Shown here: positions 36,381 through 37,127 of the stretch, in pieces | Layout of the letters: each line of letters starts with the position of its first letter | Numbering within the stretch: the stretch's first letter is position 1 | IMG/VR virus record: IMGVR_UViG_3300032328_000241 | Location: 1-37,127 of that record | Source of the DNA: a virus | Lineage: Duplodnaviria; Caudoviricetes | Length of the DNA: 37,127 nt | Strand: one strand, 5' to 3' | Position numbers and translations under genes: made by a program | The notes under the pieces: generated by a model | Seen by the model: the letters and a program-made list of their open reading frames with translations, nothing else | Databases searched by the model: none | Told to the model about the DNA's origin: nothing

Positions 36381-36610
36381 TGTTTGATCAAACACCGATT
36401 AAAGCAAGTGTAGAGATTAATAAGTTTATTAGACATACCATTATTAATCTAGAGGGTGCCCTCGAAAAACAAGACGATAGGCTAACACTAGCAGTCTTAA
36501 CTAACTTAGCAGACACAATAGAAAGTTACATAGAACCCTTGTATTTGTCAGCCCTTTGTGATAAACTAGACGAGCGAAAGGAGAATGATGTCTTACATTA
36601 TTCGTCATAA
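36380..36610 (+). CDS. Hypothetical protein
   Basis: TAATG coupling; contains the promoter copy at 36546. Confidence 0.65.
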   Translation: MFDQTPIKASVEINKFIRHTIINLEGALEKQDDRLTLAVLTNLADTIESYIEPLYLSALCDKLDERKENDVLHYSS

Positions 36611-36818
36611 GCGATTAGGAAAGAAACTGACAGACATTTTTGCTGACCGTAGAGTTAGTGGATTTCAGTTGGCTAGAGAAACACATCACGAAATGGATAA
36701 TCCAAGTCGTGCTGTTGCAGAAGAGTGGGTTCAAGCCTTAAGGCAAATGGACATACTTGACCAAGTGATTGAATACGAACTAAGCGGAGAAGTAAAACTG
36801 CCACAGTTTCCAGAATAA
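36585..36818 (+). CDS. Hypothetical protein
   Basis: AAGGAG RBS after a promoter copy. Confidence 0.7.
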   Translation: MMSYIIRHKRLGKKLTDIFADRRVSGFQLARETHHEMDNPSRAVAEEWVQALRQMDILDQVIEYELSGEVKLPQFPE

Positions 36819-37127
36819 TCAAATCCCACCCAAGAAAAGGCTTGACTTTTTCTTGGGTATGGGGCGACCCTAAAAAATCATAATTAGACATTACGAACCT
36901 TTCAAAAAAAATCACTGGAATTTGGAGAATATCTTGACAAAATCATATGAAGATGCTATATCAGATGTATTAGCTATATTAAGTAACTATACAGATGTAG
37001 GTGTATATAATGTACATCTTATGCCTATTATAAATAGGATCAAAGCTTTGAACACCACCGACCCTAAAGAATTAAAACCAGATATTACGAAGGAACCAAA
37101 AATATCACGGGAAGTTTATAACAATCC

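Larger units (their letters stand above)
23209..36567 (+). promoter_or_regulatory. Dispersed promoter repeat TGTCAG-N10-TAnnnT (PafBC/RecA-NDp-like), 19 copies
   Basis: TGTC starts at 23209, 23488, 23670, 24429, 24665, 25222, 25438, 26169, 26869, 27578, 27870, 28167, 29294, 30696, 30935, 31796, 32964, 34654, 36546. All are on + and lie 29-57 bp before a start codon. Confidence 0.9.
24346..37113. repeat. Composite cassette-boundary element (GC box, +/-24 arms, TTACGA, TCACTG), ~13 copies
   Basis: Box centres at 24350, 25112, 25990, 26804, 27516, 27815, 29233, 30618, 31719, 32892, 34582, 36866, 37060 (first and last degenerate). Confidence 0.9.

Noticed and set aside
23209-36567. L5-type stoperator repeats
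   Set aside because: Each copy is fixed to a -10 hexamer and precedes a start codon, which indicates promoters; no repressor gene is seen. An operator role is not fully excluded.
24346-37064. Integron attC cassettes
   Set aside because: No consistent RYYYAAC...GTTRRRY ends or long attC hairpins; cassettes carry their own promoters; no integrase in the window.
23209-37113. CRISPR array or mini-array
   Set aside because: Repeats are degenerate, irregularly spaced by hundreds to thousands of bases, and separated by ORFs; no cas gene is present.

Overview
Segment of a low-GC tailed dsDNA phage (siphovirus-type), very probably infecting Actinobacteria (WhiB gene, leaderless-type promoters, PafBC-type promoter motifs). 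1-22.8 kb is mostly minus strand and holds the virion module: tape measure (partial), tail assembly chaperone with a -1 frameshift, tail tube, head-tail genes, major capsid, protease/scaffold, portal and a LamG-like protein. It also carries a class II ribonucleotide reductase, fibre-like proteins, a glycosyltransferase, holin-like genes and Hsp20. From ~23.1 kb to the end is a plus-strand array of ~45 small genes and tRNA-Asp, organised as repeated cassettes. The main signal is in the non-coding DNA of this array. (1) 19 copies of TGTCAG-N10-TAnnnT match the actinobacterial RecA-independent, PafBC-activated DNA-damage promoter. (2) About 13 cassette boundaries carry a composite element: a GGGG(CGA/TCG)CCCC box in either orientation, TTGAC/GTCAA arms at +/-24 bp, then TTACGA and TCACTG boxes about 20 bp apart. 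(3) There are paired DnaA boxes and CRP-like sites. (4) AGCT is depleted across the array except next to the GC boxes. All calls are from reading the sequence by eye; no database searches were run.
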